This document shows positions 9,531 through 21,176 of a DNA stretch of 64,000 nucleotides, one piece after another. Source of the stretch: an uncultured bacterium (lineage in GTDB: Bacteria > Abyssobacteria > SURF-5). The stretch spans positions 21,366-85,365 of the forward strand of contig CAZSKP010000013.1 of NCBI GenBank assembly GCA_964607485.1. The letters run 5' to 3'. A program made the translations under genes and the position numbers. The notes below the pieces were generated by a model. That model was not told the origin of the DNA and did no database searches. It worked only from the letters and a program-made list of their open reading frames with translations. Position 1 is the first letter of the stretch, and each line of letters begins with the position of its first letter.

Positions 9531-9727
9531 CATTTGTATTGTAGCACAACTCACCCCGCGAATCAAACGCTCCCGTCCCGTCGAGCTGTGTAACGATCTC
9601 CTCAAAGCCCCTCCGTTCAGAATCCGAAAGAATCCACGTCTTCCCATTGCCGAAGAGTTTATCCGATATTCGTTCTCCCGCCACCGCCGCGCCCCCGCAT
9701 GGACGCTGCAAAGGACGCTGACGTGAG

Positions 9728-10471
9728 ATGAAGAGGAGACGTGTTTTTGGCCCGCTTGTATTAGTGTTGCTATTGACAGGGGGATGCGCTTCGCTCAATT
9801 CTGCGGAGCCCGTCGACGTGGTGCGTGAGTTCTGCACCCGATTTGAAACGGCGAACTACAGGGTCGAGGCAGCGGGCAGCGACCTGCAATCCGTCAAGAG
9901 CATCGTCAACCGGCTGGAGCATGTGCCCGACCCGTTCCAGAAAATCGTAAACGACTACAAGGCGACCGTCGTGATATACGACGGCGACGTGCTGGACCAT
10001 GTTTCGTCGTTCGAGGCGACCGACGACTTGAGGAATGTGAGCGGCGTGTATGTGCCGTCCGTGAACGGGATTTTCATAAACCATCAGGGACATCGCCCGG
10101 ACGACAAATCCGTCTGTCTGGAGCTGCACGAATACGGGCACGCTGTCGACCAAGCCCTTGCCAGCCTGCCCGGTACGCCGTACACGAACGAGACGGGGTA
10201 CTACGTCTCCGGATTGGATGAATTCAAGCGGATTCACGAAACGGCGACAAAGAGAACGTCGTGGTTCACGCTGTTTGTGATGACCGACCACGAAAAAGAC
10301 CGGCGGGAATTCTTCGCCGAATGCTTCGCGCGGTTCTACTATTCCGACCAATCGCGCGAATCAATGAAGAAATACATCCCCGAATGCTACGAATTCTTCA
10401 GGAAAATGGAGAAGTACTTCTTAGAAGAGCAAGGCCCGCGAAAAATGCTGGCGGCAGTTCCGGGCATGTGA
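9728..10471 (+). CDS. Zinc metallopeptidase lipoprotein, anthrax-lethal-factor/Pro-Pro endopeptidase-like
   Basis: Basic N-terminus, hydrophobic core and LTGG-C lipobox-like site; HEYGHAVD (HExxH); distal EFFAECFARFYY carrying the third zinc ligand. Confidence 0.7.
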   Translation: MKRRRVFGPLVLVLLLTGGCASLNSAEPVDVVREFCTRFETANYRVEAAGSDLQSVKSIVNRLEHVPDPFQKIVNDYKATVVIYDGDVLDHVSSFEATDDLRNVSGVYVPSVNGIFINHQGHRPDDKSVCLELHEYGHAVDQALASLPGTPYTNETGYYVSGLDEFKRIHETATKRTSWFTLFVMTDHEKDRREFFAECFARFYYSDQSRESMKKYIPECYEFFRKMEKYFLEEQGPRKMLAAVPGM

Positions 10472-10551
10472 TTCCTTGACACGCATTGCGCGAGTCTGAA
10501 AAGCAACCACGAATTGCACGAAATCGAATACTACAGATTCCAAATTCGGAA

Positions 10552-11349
10552 TCAGAGCGGGCGCGTTTGGTAGCTTTCCAACTCTTCCGGAGGCAGATCT
10601 TCTGGACTTACCAACCTATAATGTTTCTCTGCGGAAACTCGGATTCCTTCCTCGGTTTGCTCGAGCTCAAACAATGCAATCAACTCGTTGCGCATAAACT
10701 GAGCGGCGATTGCTCGACAAATTAGTCCGGGAAACTTCGAGGCGCAAACGGCAAAATCTTGCTCAATTTGTACTATTGCCAATTTGTCTGTTCCGCCTTT
10801 TGCTTGAACTGGCAGCACGTAGTGAACACCGCGCTTATCAATGCCAACGTATATCTCATCGGTTTCAACCTGACCGATGTCAGGCACACTAGTCCTTAGA
10901 TGATTCTGCAAAGAATAGCAAGTAAGCCCAGTGAAGATATCTATCAATCTGTTATAGCGCAGTCTTGCTAAGAGCGCCTGTTCATCTGTCAAAGAATACT
11001 GGACAATAACCCCCGGTGTTGCATCCGGAATTTTCGTTTCCACCAAGATGTTTGAAGGGACGATCGTGGCTCTGACTACGAGAGCAAGTTTATACCTTGC
11101 TCTGCCTGCGGGACGAATAATCCACTCATAACCCTTTGGAGCTTTCGTGACTATGCTATCTGGTAGCGGAGCTCTATATCTAAGCGAATAGATAACATCT
11201 CCCAAATTCTTTGGGAGTTTAATGCCCAGTTTTTCCGAAGCCTCGTTTATGTCCGACCTCTTAAAGACTATTTCGGTAGCGCCTTTCTTATAGTACTTGT
11301 TGAAGATCGCTTCTATGATTCGTGAGTAACGGCCTTTTCTGTCTTCCAT
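10552..11349 (-). CDS. Putative type II restriction endonuclease (PD-(D/E)xK-like)
   Basis: Starts 4 nt after the MTase stop; ETDEIY..PVQAK catalytic-like motif; low GC. Start moved to ATG11349. Confidence 0.65.
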   Translation of the reverse strand: MEDRKGRYSRIIEAIFNKYYKKGATEIVFKRSDINEASEKLGIKLPKNLGDVIYSLRYRAPLPDSIVTKAPKGYEWIIRPAGRARYKLALVVRATIVPSNILVETKIPDATPGVIVQYSLTDEQALLARLRYNRLIDIFTGLTCYSLQNHLRTSVPDIGQVETDEIYVGIDKRGVHYVLPVQAKGGTDKLAIVQIEQDFAVCASKFPGLICRAIAAQFMRNELIALFELEQTEEGIRVSAEKHYRLVSPEDLPPEELESYQTRPL

Positions 11350-11353
11350 ATCT

Positions 11354-12727
11354 TCACTTTCGCTGTCCGGTCCAACGCAACACGACAACTTCTTCCTGTA
11401 GCTGTTCCTTCGTGGCCGTAGCAAACCGAGTGCGGAATGGGTCTATTCGTAGTAACTCATACCCAAGAGCTTCGGCTATATCAGATAGTAGTTGTCCGGT
11501 GCGAATCATGACCCTAAGATACGAAGCCTGGTCTCCAACAACATAAGCCAGTTGAGCGCCCGGACGCAACACGTCTCGAAGATCGGCCATGTGGCGAGCC
11601 ATGCCACCAAAATATAATCTGGTTACTTTTCCATAAAGTCTTTCGAATCCGGAATTTTTTCCAAGTTCTATTCTGCGCTCTTCTATTGAGTTTGCTATGC
11701 GCTGAATTTCCGGATGTTCAGCTATCCATTTGTGATCATCATCGCCTTTGTAAACGCCACGAGTGTTGGAACGTATAAGTCTTTTCTTCAACGACCTCAG
11801 TTCCGCCTTACTCCTTATAAACCCAAGAATAACTGACTCAAGCCTTGTTGTTCTTGTATAATCCTTCTCATTCGGGTAAGGAGGAGATGTTATAACCGCA
11901 TCTACTGAGTCAGGCTGAACGATGCCGGCAATTTCTCGAGCATCCGAAAGGTAGACTTCGGAATCGGGATAAAACCCGCTAATGGCGTAACGAAGATCTT
12001 TGGCAATCTTTTCCATTTCAGATAGCCACGGAGCGACAACTGGAACATCTTGTTTGAGCTTCCCAACTCCCACTTCTGGCCCAAAGTGCAGATTGCCAAT
12101 CGCGGATACCAACGCGTTTGCCAAGGCTAACAATCCGTGTCGATAGTACCGCTCGCTCTGATGTTTCTTTAGAAAATTCAGTAACATAAGAGTCTTGTGC
12201 AAGGGCAGAGGACTAATCGAATTTGTGATAAGAAGGTTTCTCGCTTCGGCATCAAGTGTGATTAGCGGAATGTCCTTGAGATTGCCTTCAAAGGGTTTGC
12301 TGTCATCTATGCCTTGTGCTTTGAGCGCGTTCAAAGTAGAATCCCGAACATCGTGTGCTCGTTCTATCAGCAAATCCGGGTCAATTTCCCAATCCACCTT
12401 GACTGCACTAGCAAAGTGCGCGAATGGATTCGCTTCGAGGCCAATCGCCTTTATTCCGGCGAGTTTCGATTCCACAAGCGTTGTACCCGTTCCGCAAAAG
12501 GGATCGAGAAGAGTATGGTTTTGAGTTAAACCGAAAGCGTCTATATAATTGCGGACTAAATGTGGGGGAAAAGAAAGGACAAACCGATACCAATCATGAA
12601 AAGCCCTGTCTTGCGGGTCGAGTTTATTAGCTCCCTTTTTCTTTTGATGGGTAACGTTTTCTTCAACTGCCTCGGGAAGATTAAAACTCTCATGTCGAAA
12701 ATAAAGCTGGGTAGGGAGAGGCTTCAT
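11354..12727 (-). CDS. DNA amino-methyltransferase, probably N4-cytosine, alpha-class motif order
   Basis: Motif I LDPFCGTGTT near the N-terminus, motif IV ITSPPY toward the C-terminus, HDWYRFVLSFPP; low GC. Confidence 0.88.
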   Translation of the reverse strand: MKPLPTQLYFRHESFNLPEAVEENVTHQKKKGANKLDPQDRAFHDWYRFVLSFPPHLVRNYIDAFGLTQNHTLLDPFCGTGTTLVESKLAGIKAIGLEANPFAHFASAVKVDWEIDPDLLIERAHDVRDSTLNALKAQGIDDSKPFEGNLKDIPLITLDAEARNLLITNSISPLPLHKTLMLLNFLKKHQSERYYRHGLLALANALVSAIGNLHFGPEVGVGKLKQDVPVVAPWLSEMEKIAKDLRYAISGFYPDSEVYLSDAREIAGIVQPDSVDAVITSPPYPNEKDYTRTTRLESVILGFIRSKAELRSLKKRLIRSNTRGVYKGDDDHKWIAEHPEIQRIANSIEERRIELGKNSGFERLYGKVTRLYFGGMARHMADLRDVLRPGAQLAYVVGDQASYLRVMIRTGQLLSDIAEALGYELLRIDPFRTRFATATKEQLQEEVVVLRWTGQRK

Positions 12728-12835
12728 ATCTCGATTGTTCTGCCTATCGATTGAAATGACAATACGTTAATGAATCATCATCTTTCAATATAGAGCGAAT
12801 CGAATCGAAAAATCAAGAAAAAAGTGTACGAGTTC

Positions 12836-14875
<2,040 letters not shown>

Positions 14876-14992
14876 CTACAGGTCAGGAAGTTGGTGTTCA
14901 CACATTCGTGATTCGCATCTTAAAGGGGAGATTCGGTATTGCCGGGTCGTGGTCACCAGGCGAGCCTGCGACGGCGTCGGATATGACATTGT

Positions 14993-15292
14993 TCACCAGC
15001 GCATACCGCCCGAATACCTGACGTCGAAGGATTGAAACTCGCCCGAGTAGGGTTCGTTGGCGACCTTGACGTCGGTCACCCGCGCTCCCGGCGGGCCATG
15101 GCGACACCACTGCACCAGCGCGCCCACCGCCTCTTGCGTTCCCTCGGCCACGACCTCCACGCCGCCGTCGTGCCTGTTCATCACCCAGCCGGTCACGCCG
15201 AGTTTGTCCGCCTGGTCGCATGTGCTGTAGCGAAAGAACACCCCTTGGACGCGTCCTTCGACTACCGCGCGAACTCTGACTTTCTCCGCCAT
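14993..15292 (-). CDS. acyP: Acylphosphatase
   Basis: GRVQGVFFR, GWVMN, GPPGARV. Confidence 0.95.
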   Translation of the reverse strand: MAEKVRVRAVVEGRVQGVFFRYSTCDQADKLGVTGWVMNRHDGGVEVVAEGTQEAVGALVQWCRHGPPGARVTDVKVANEPYSGEFQSFDVRYSGGMRW

Positions 15293-15300
15293 TCTTATTC

Positions 15301-16119
15301 CTACCTGATGCGAAGCTCGCTGACCACGCGCTGAACGCCCCGGCAGTCCTCAGCAATCTTGTTTGCGAGGTCTTTCTCGGCGCCGCTGTGTACGATGCCG
15401 GTGAGCGTTACCACGCCGTTTCGGCTTGAAACCTCGATTTCGGTCGAGTCGATGTTGTGGTTCACCATCAGCGCCGCGCGCACCTGCGCAACGAGGCGCT
15501 CGTCGTCCACCTTTTCCACGAATTTCTTGTCGCCCGCCTCTTCGCCGGGTGCCTTGGTCTCAAGCTCGTCCGCCACCGACACCACGCCTTCGACGTCCTC
15601 GGCGATTTTGCGCGCAAGCTCGGCCTCCGCAGGCGAGGCCACCGTACCGGTCAGAGTGACCACGCCGCGGTCGGAGCTCACCCCTATGGAGCGGGCGCGC
15701 ACGTTCTCATTGAGCAGAAAAGCCGTCTTGATAGAAGCCTCTATCGTGAGGTCGTCGAGTTTCTCGCCCAGCGTTCGCTCCGGCACGGCCGGCTTCAGCG
15801 TGAGCGCCCTGCTGACAACCAGGGCGTTCTGAACCTTATTCACGCCCTTGATGCTGAGGGTTATTCCCTCCGCGAGCTGCTTCTGAATCTCGGTTCCGAC
15901 GGCTCCCGAGAGAGTGACCGTTCCGTCCGCGGTGGAGACGTCTATCTCCGTGTTGTTCAGATGACGATTGAGCATGAGCGCTGTCTTCACCGAGGCCGTC
16001 AGGCGAGAGTCGTTCAGCCTGAGAGAGATATCCTTTCGCGCGTAATACTTCGTGTAGGAAAAGAAGGCAAGCCCCACGGCGGCCAGCGCGAGGACGATGA
16101 GGAGAAGTCTTCGTAACAT
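15301..16119 (-). CDS. Periplasmic or membrane-anchored protein with three BON domains (OsmY-like)
   Basis: N-terminal TM/signal; three repeats of D..(L/I)...VK.AL....I.V....G.VTL.G.V......A..IA....GV..V...L. Confidence 0.9.
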   Translation of the reverse strand: MLRRLLLIVLALAAVGLAFFSYTKYYARKDISLRLNDSRLTASVKTALMLNRHLNNTEIDVSTADGTVTLSGAVGTEIQKQLAEGITLSIKGVNKVQNALVVSRALTLKPAVPERTLGEKLDDLTIEASIKTAFLLNENVRARSIGVSSDRGVVTLTGTVASPAEAELARKIAEDVEGVVSVADELETKAPGEEAGDKKFVEKVDDERLVAQVRAALMVNHNIDSTEIEVSSRNGVVTLTGIVHSGAEKDLANKIAEDCRGVQRVVSELRIR

Positions 16120-16563
16120 CGCTCGCCTCTTGTATCTTCGAGCCTTGGTGGATTCGTTCTGTTTTAGATGAAGTCTAGCAAAAGGCTTCGGGAAATGTCA
16201 ACGAGGAACAGGCTTGCACTGTGGGAGCTTGAGATATACGGGCCGAGCCGGTGTTGTTTGACGGTATCGGCAGAGGGCGCCCGCCTCATCTTCTGGGCTA
16301 GTTACCCCCGGTTGAGTGACGAAAACGTCAATGAATGTGCCCCTTTCGCCGGTCTCCTGGACTCTCGGGAATTCTGCGGGATGAATGACGCTCGCCGACG
16401 GAATCGCCCTTCTTGTTCTAAGCATAAGTTATAGAATAGGTTAGGACGTCAAAGCGAACGCACGACAAATTCCTCCGACAGGAATTGTCAAGTGGTATGT
16501 TTTATGCTACATAACCACCGAAAATTGGCTCTTGAGGACTCTCTGAAGGGAGGGAACCGCCAA

Positions 16564-17640
16564 ATGAAGGTTTTCAAGCTTGCTTCAGTGCTTCTGGTCG
16601 TCCTGGCGTTGACGGCCATAGCAATGCCCAACGTGATGGCTGATTGCGAGGAGGGCGATTCGATCACCATCACTATCGACCGCGGCACCAAGCCCTCGAG
16701 CTTTTTCCATCCGGGCCGTTTCTTCACCAAGTCGGCGACGGAGACAGTGTACGAGTTCGTCATTCGGGACTACGATGGTTTGGCGATTGAAGGTTTAACC
16801 ATTCAGACTTCGTCGGGCCGTACCATTGTTCCCATTGATCGGATCAAAGAGATTCGGTTCAACAACTGGATAGAAAGAGAAAGCGACGATATCAACTATG
16901 TGGAGAATGTCGTCAAAGCCGACCTCATGTTTAACGACGGGACCGAAAAATCCGTAGTGATGAACGCCGATATGGGCACGATAGAGGGAAAGACCAAGCT
17001 TGGCGACTTCTTCCTTCGCGACCCTCATACTCTTAGAAGGCTGGTGTTCAACCGATGCGAAAAGCTTCCGGAAACCGTGGAAGAGGTCGAGGTGGAAGAA
17101 CCCGAGGTGGCAAAGGTGGTCTCTCCGCTTGACACCGACGGCGACGGAGTTATCGATGACAAGGACAAGTGTCCGGACACGCCCAAGGGCGTGAAAGTCG
17201 ATGAAGACGGCTGCCCGCTCGACACCGACGGTGATGGAGTTCCCGACTACATAGACAGATGTCCCGATACTCCCAAGGGAGCGCCTGTCAATTCGGTCGG
17301 TTGCTGGACCATCAAGGGAGTACTTTTCGACTATGACAAGTGGGACATCAAGCCGCAGTATTACAGCATGATGGACGAGAACGTCCGTGTGCTGGAAATG
17401 AATCCGACGCTCAAGGTCGAAATTCAGGGCCACACCGACAGCATCGCTTCAGAAGAATACAATCAGACGCTCTCCGAAAAGAGGGCCGAGTCGGCGCAAG
17501 CTTACTTCATCTCCAAGGGTATCAGCGCGGATAGAATACCCACGCGCGGCTTCGGCGAGCTGAGACCCATCGCCACCAACGATACCCCTGAGGGGAGAGC
17601 CCAGAACAGGAGAATCGAGCTCAGCGTTATTAGCAAATAG
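16564..17640 (+). CDS. Secreted protein: unrecognised N-terminal domain, thrombospondin type-3 repeats, OmpA-like peptidoglycan-binding domain
   Basis: Signal peptide; two DTDGDGV.D..D.CPDTPKG repeats; FDYDK..GHTDS..YNQTLSEKRA..GFGELRP..GRAQNRRIE. ATG16564 follows GGAGG. Confidence 0.9.
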   Translation: MKVFKLASVLLVVLALTAIAMPNVMADCEEGDSITITIDRGTKPSSFFHPGRFFTKSATETVYEFVIRDYDGLAIEGLTIQTSSGRTIVPIDRIKEIRFNNWIERESDDINYVENVVKADLMFNDGTEKSVVMNADMGTIEGKTKLGDFFLRDPHTLRRLVFNRCEKLPETVEEVEVEEPEVAKVVSPLDTDGDGVIDDKDKCPDTPKGVKVDEDGCPLDTDGDGVPDYIDRCPDTPKGAPVNSVGCWTIKGVLFDYDKWDIKPQYYSMMDENVRVLEMNPTLKVEIQGHTDSIASEEYNQTLSEKRAESAQAYFISKGISADRIPTRGFGELRPIATNDTPEGRAQNRRIELSVISK

Positions 17641-17658
17641 CCGTTTCTGAAGGACATG

Positions 17659-17682
17659 AAGCCTGCGGAAACACGCGGGCTT
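17659..17682 (+). terminator. Possible terminator hairpin after the OmpA-domain gene
   Basis: AAGCCTGCG/CGCGGGCTT stem with a weak U-tail. Confidence 0.4.
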
Positions 17683-17753
17683 ATCTGTGGAGTCTATAAC
17701 GTGGGGAAGAGTCGAATCCGGTAGTTAGTCATCTGAACGGAGGGAACTGCACA

Positions 17754-18248
17754 ATGAAGGTTCTAAAATCTGCCGTAGCGCTTCTGGTTGTCCTGACGCT
17801 GGCGGCCGCCGTCGCGCCCAACGTAGCGGCCGAGCAGGGAGAGAACGAATCGATCACCATCACGATTGACCGTGCGACGATGCCCTCGACCATTTTCTTT
17901 CCTGGTCGAATTTTCACAAAGGCACAGACTCTGACGGTGCATGATTTCGTCATTCGAGATTACGACGGCATTCCGATCGACGGCTTCGTCATCCAGACAT
18001 CCTCTGGGCAGACCAAGGTTCCCATCAATTTGGTCCAGGAAATCCGACCGAGCAAATGGGTAAACAGATACAGCGATGATATCGATTTCATAGAGAATGT
18101 CACGCACGCCGACATGGTCTTGACCGACGGCACGGAAATGAACGTGCTGATGAACGCCGATTTCGGAACGATAGAGGGAAAGACCGAGGACGGAGATTTC
18201 TTCCTCGGCAACCCATATACCGTCAGACGGCTTGTGTTCAACCGTTGA
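17754..18248 (+). CDS. Secreted hypothetical protein, stand-alone paralogue of the N-terminal domain of 16564..17640
   Basis: Gap-free 164 aa alignment to the upstream protein; 61 of the first 100 residues identical by hand count. Confidence 0.85.
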   Translation: MKVLKSAVALLVVLTLAAAVAPNVAAEQGENESITITIDRATMPSTIFFPGRIFTKAQTLTVHDFVIRDYDGIPIDGFVIQTSSGQTKVPINLVQEIRPSKWVNRYSDDIDFIENVTHADMVLTDGTEMNVLMNADFGTIEGKTEDGDFFLGNPYTVRRLVFNR

Positions 18249-18493
18249 AGCCGTGTCGCCTGCAACGAAAAGATAACGCAGCGGTTCTCGCTCGAAACAT
18301 CTCCGTTGTCCACCCGCGCCCGCGTATGATGTTTCCATCTGCGGAACCGCTGTGTGCTATGTGGACCCCAGCCTCGCTGCTCTTACCCGACAGTGGACAC
18401 GCCTTCCCGCAGCTCAGCTTTACAACGGGAGCGCCCTCATGGTAAAATGTTGATAGGAGAAGTGTTGCATCACTGACCCTTTCGGGAGAATCC

Positions 18494-19978
18494 ATGAAGC
18501 GTCAAGGCCGCGAGCATAACACCGACCATGTCGGACGCGTGCTCATCGTCGGCGAACAGCGCAACCTGTCGCGAGCGAAAAAAGTCCTTCGCGAGTCGGC
18601 CAAGAAACGGGACGGCAAGCTGGACATAATGACCTGCGGCGACATCGAGGCCGCCCACGAATTTCTCACCTATTACCTCAACGGAATACTCCTGAATCTT
18701 CCCGGCGCGAGCGCATCCACCATAATGCCGCCCCTTAAGAAGCTGAGGAGGGTTTACAGCGGTCGGATCGGGCTTGTCAACGGCGACCCGTCGGTGAAGC
18801 CGTATACGTGGGGCCGGGTCGGCGGGGTGGACTTCTATTGCGAAAAGATAGAGGCCGCCGAGCAGTTCGCCGATATGCTTCTGGCGCCCAGGCGCGGCAG
18901 GGGCAAGACGGCGCTTCTGCTCGAGGGCGGCGGCATACTGGGGGGCTTCATAGAATTCGGCAGCGTCAGGGCGCTCTACGATTTCGGGATCCAGGATTTC
19001 GACATCTATGTCGGCATCAGCGCCGGAGCCTTCGTAGCCGCGTGCGCCGCAAACAAGATACCGTTCAGGATGATGCTCGAAAGGCGCAGGCTCGAGTGGG
19101 CGCAGGTCTATTACCCGAACATCTCTGAATTAGCGTCCAAGGTGGCGTCGTTTCTGCCCAATCTGTACAGGGGCATAACCACCCTGTGGAACGAACCGAA
19201 CAAGGATATTCCGCTCTTCCTCTCCAGCTTTTTCGCGACAAGTCTTCTTTCGGCGAAGCGAATCAGGGGATTCCTCGAAAAGATTCTCGAAGAAGCTCAG
19301 GGAACGAACAGCTTCACGGAACTGAGAGAGAGGGGAACGGAACTCTACATAATCGCCACCGACCTCGACACCACCGAGCGCCGCGCATTCGGCGAGGTGG
19401 GAGATATGGAGGTACCCATCTCGCACGCCGTCGAGGCGTCCATCGCGCTGCCGCTCACGTACAGCCCGGCCAAGATCGACGACCGCTACTATATCGACGG
19501 GGCCATCTGCAACGCCGCCAACCTCGACATCGCAATCGAGCACGGGGCCGACCTCATCATATGCGTCAACCCGCTGGTGCCGTTCATCAGCAAGAAGCGC
19601 GGCCTGCTGAAGAGTCTCGGCCCGCTGGGAATACTCGAACAATCCTACAGAAGCATCCTGCACCAGATTCTCCTTAGAAAGATAGAACGCTACAAAGTCG
19701 AGAATCCCACGGTCACCACCGTGCTGATCGAGCCCGACCCGGAAGATCCCACGATGTTTCACAATCCTCTCAATGCCTCGCGCAAGCTGATGGACCTCGC
19801 TCTCGTTCACGGCTATCGCTCCGCTCGCAAGGCAATCGAAAGCCAGTTCGATTTCATACAGAAATCATTCCTCTACCACGGCATCGAAATACAGCGAGAG
19901 CGAGTGGACGAGAAGCTTGTGAAAGCCGAAGAATCCAAGCTAGCCGACAAATCGCGCAGGGTCATGACGGGCAAGTGA
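18494..19978 (+). CDS. Patatin-like phospholipase with N-terminal extension
   Basis: LEGGGILG oxyanion motif, GISAG nucleophile, SIALP, YIDGA. Confidence 0.88.
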   Translation: MKRQGREHNTDHVGRVLIVGEQRNLSRAKKVLRESAKKRDGKLDIMTCGDIEAAHEFLTYYLNGILLNLPGASASTIMPPLKKLRRVYSGRIGLVNGDPSVKPYTWGRVGGVDFYCEKIEAAEQFADMLLAPRRGRGKTALLLEGGGILGGFIEFGSVRALYDFGIQDFDIYVGISAGAFVAACAANKIPFRMMLERRRLEWAQVYYPNISELASKVASFLPNLYRGITTLWNEPNKDIPLFLSSFFATSLLSAKRIRGFLEKILEEAQGTNSFTELRERGTELYIIATDLDTTERRAFGEVGDMEVPISHAVEASIALPLTYSPAKIDDRYYIDGAICNAANLDIAIEHGADLIICVNPLVPFISKKRGLLKSLGPLGILEQSYRSILHQILLRKIERYKVENPTVTTVLIEPDPEDPTMFHNPLNASRKLMDLALVHGYRSARKAIESQFDFIQKSFLYHGIEIQRERVDEKLVKAEESKLADKSRRVMTGK

Positions 19979-20124
19979 CCCGTCGGCTTTGCATGACCAG
20001 GACCGTTTCCCCCTTTGCGCAATGAGAAAATGAACGCGGAAGCTGTTTATCAAGCGTGAATTGATCATTCGATCCAATTCTGATAGGATATTGGCGGTGG
20101 AGAACGGAGTCCGGAGAACGAAGA

Positions 20125-20934
20125 GTGCTTGAGGGCCGCAAAATAGTCGTCGTGATGCCCGCGTACAATGCGGCAAAGACGCTGAAGAGAACGTACGACG
20201 AGGTGCCGAAGGATATCGTTGACGAGATACTGCTCGTCGACGACGGCAGCCACGACGAAACCATTGAATATTCCAAGCGGCTGGGCATAAAGACGTTCAT
20301 TCATGAGAGAAACTTCGGGTACGGCCGCAACCAGAAGACGTGTTACAGGGAAGCTCTCAAGACTGGCGCCGACATCGTCGTCATGCTCCATCCGGACTAT
20401 CAGTACTCGCCCAAGTTGATCACGGCGATGGCTTCTCTGATAGCGGTCGGCGAGTACGATGTGCTCATCGCCTCCCGAATCTTGGGTGTGGGCGCGATAC
20501 GGGGCGGCATGCCAAGATACAAGTACATTTTCAACAGATTCTTGACCTTGTTCGAGAATCTGATGCTCTTTTACAAGCTTTCCGAGTATCACACCGGTTA
20601 TCGCGCGTTTTCGAGGCAAGTGCTCGAATCGCTCCCGTTGATGGAGAACTCCGACGATTTCGTGTTTGACAATGAGATGCTCGCGCAGATCATATTCTGG
20701 GGTTACAAGATAGGTGAAATCTCCTGTCCGACCAAGTATTTCCCCGAGGCTTCGTCGATCAATTTCTCGCGCAGCATGAAGTATGGTCTCGGCTGCATGC
20801 TCACTTCGTTGAAGTTCCGCCTTCAGAAGATGCGGCTGGCGAAATTCAGAGTTTTCGACGAAAAAGGAAAAAAGCTGTTCGAGGATTCTTACTACCGGAT
20901 GGTCGAGCCCGAAACAGCGGAAGAAGCCCGATAG
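20125..20934 (+). CDS. Glycosyltransferase family 2 (polyprenol-phosphate glycosyltransferase/DPM synthase-like)
   Basis: [41 protein letters not shown]. Confidence 0.92.
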   Translation: MLEGRKIVVVMPAYNAAKTLKRTYDEVPKDIVDEILLVDDGSHDETIEYSKRLGIKTFIHERNFGYGRNQKTCYREALKTGADIVVMLHPDYQYSPKLITAMASLIAVGEYDVLIASRILGVGAIRGGMPRYKYIFNRFLTLFENLMLFYKLSEYHTGYRAFSRQVLESLPLMENSDDFVFDNEMLAQIIFWGYKIGEISCPTKYFPEASSINFSRSMKYGLGCMLTSLKFRLQKMRLAKFRVFDEKGKKLFEDSYYRMVEPETAEEAR

Positions 20935-21176
20935 CTTCCCTCCCCCAGGCCGCTGGAAGTGTGCCTCTCCGGCATATCCGACTTCCCTCCATTCGATTTG
21001 CTTCTTTCCGACCAACATCGACTCCCAGCCGGAAACCATTTGCTTTATTCATTGTCGAGACGGTAGAATGCTTCTGTCTCATTTCCAGAAAAGTGGCCTG
21101 AGAAATCCTCTCCCTTCCCCGTGGAAAACCCTCGGAAAGACGCAGGGGGCGGAAAGTAAACCCAAGCGGAGTATCG

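Noticed and set aside
16168-16490. Small ORFs and an imperfect inverted repeat (GACAAATTCCT/AGGAATTGTC) in the BON-OmpA divergent gap
   Set aside because: The ORFs lack an RBS and coding character; the repeat may be regulatory but the support is too weak.
17125-17285. Direct DNA repeats (GACACCGACGG..) as a CRISPR array or mobile repeat
   Set aside because: They are in-frame thrombospondin type-3 coding repeats; only two units and no cas genes.
18246-18300. Selenocysteine read-through at the TGA aligned with the paralogue's Cys
   Set aside because: The downstream frame does not resemble the paralogue's linker or TSP3 region, no SECIS-like hairpin is evident, and the partner Cys28 is also lost.
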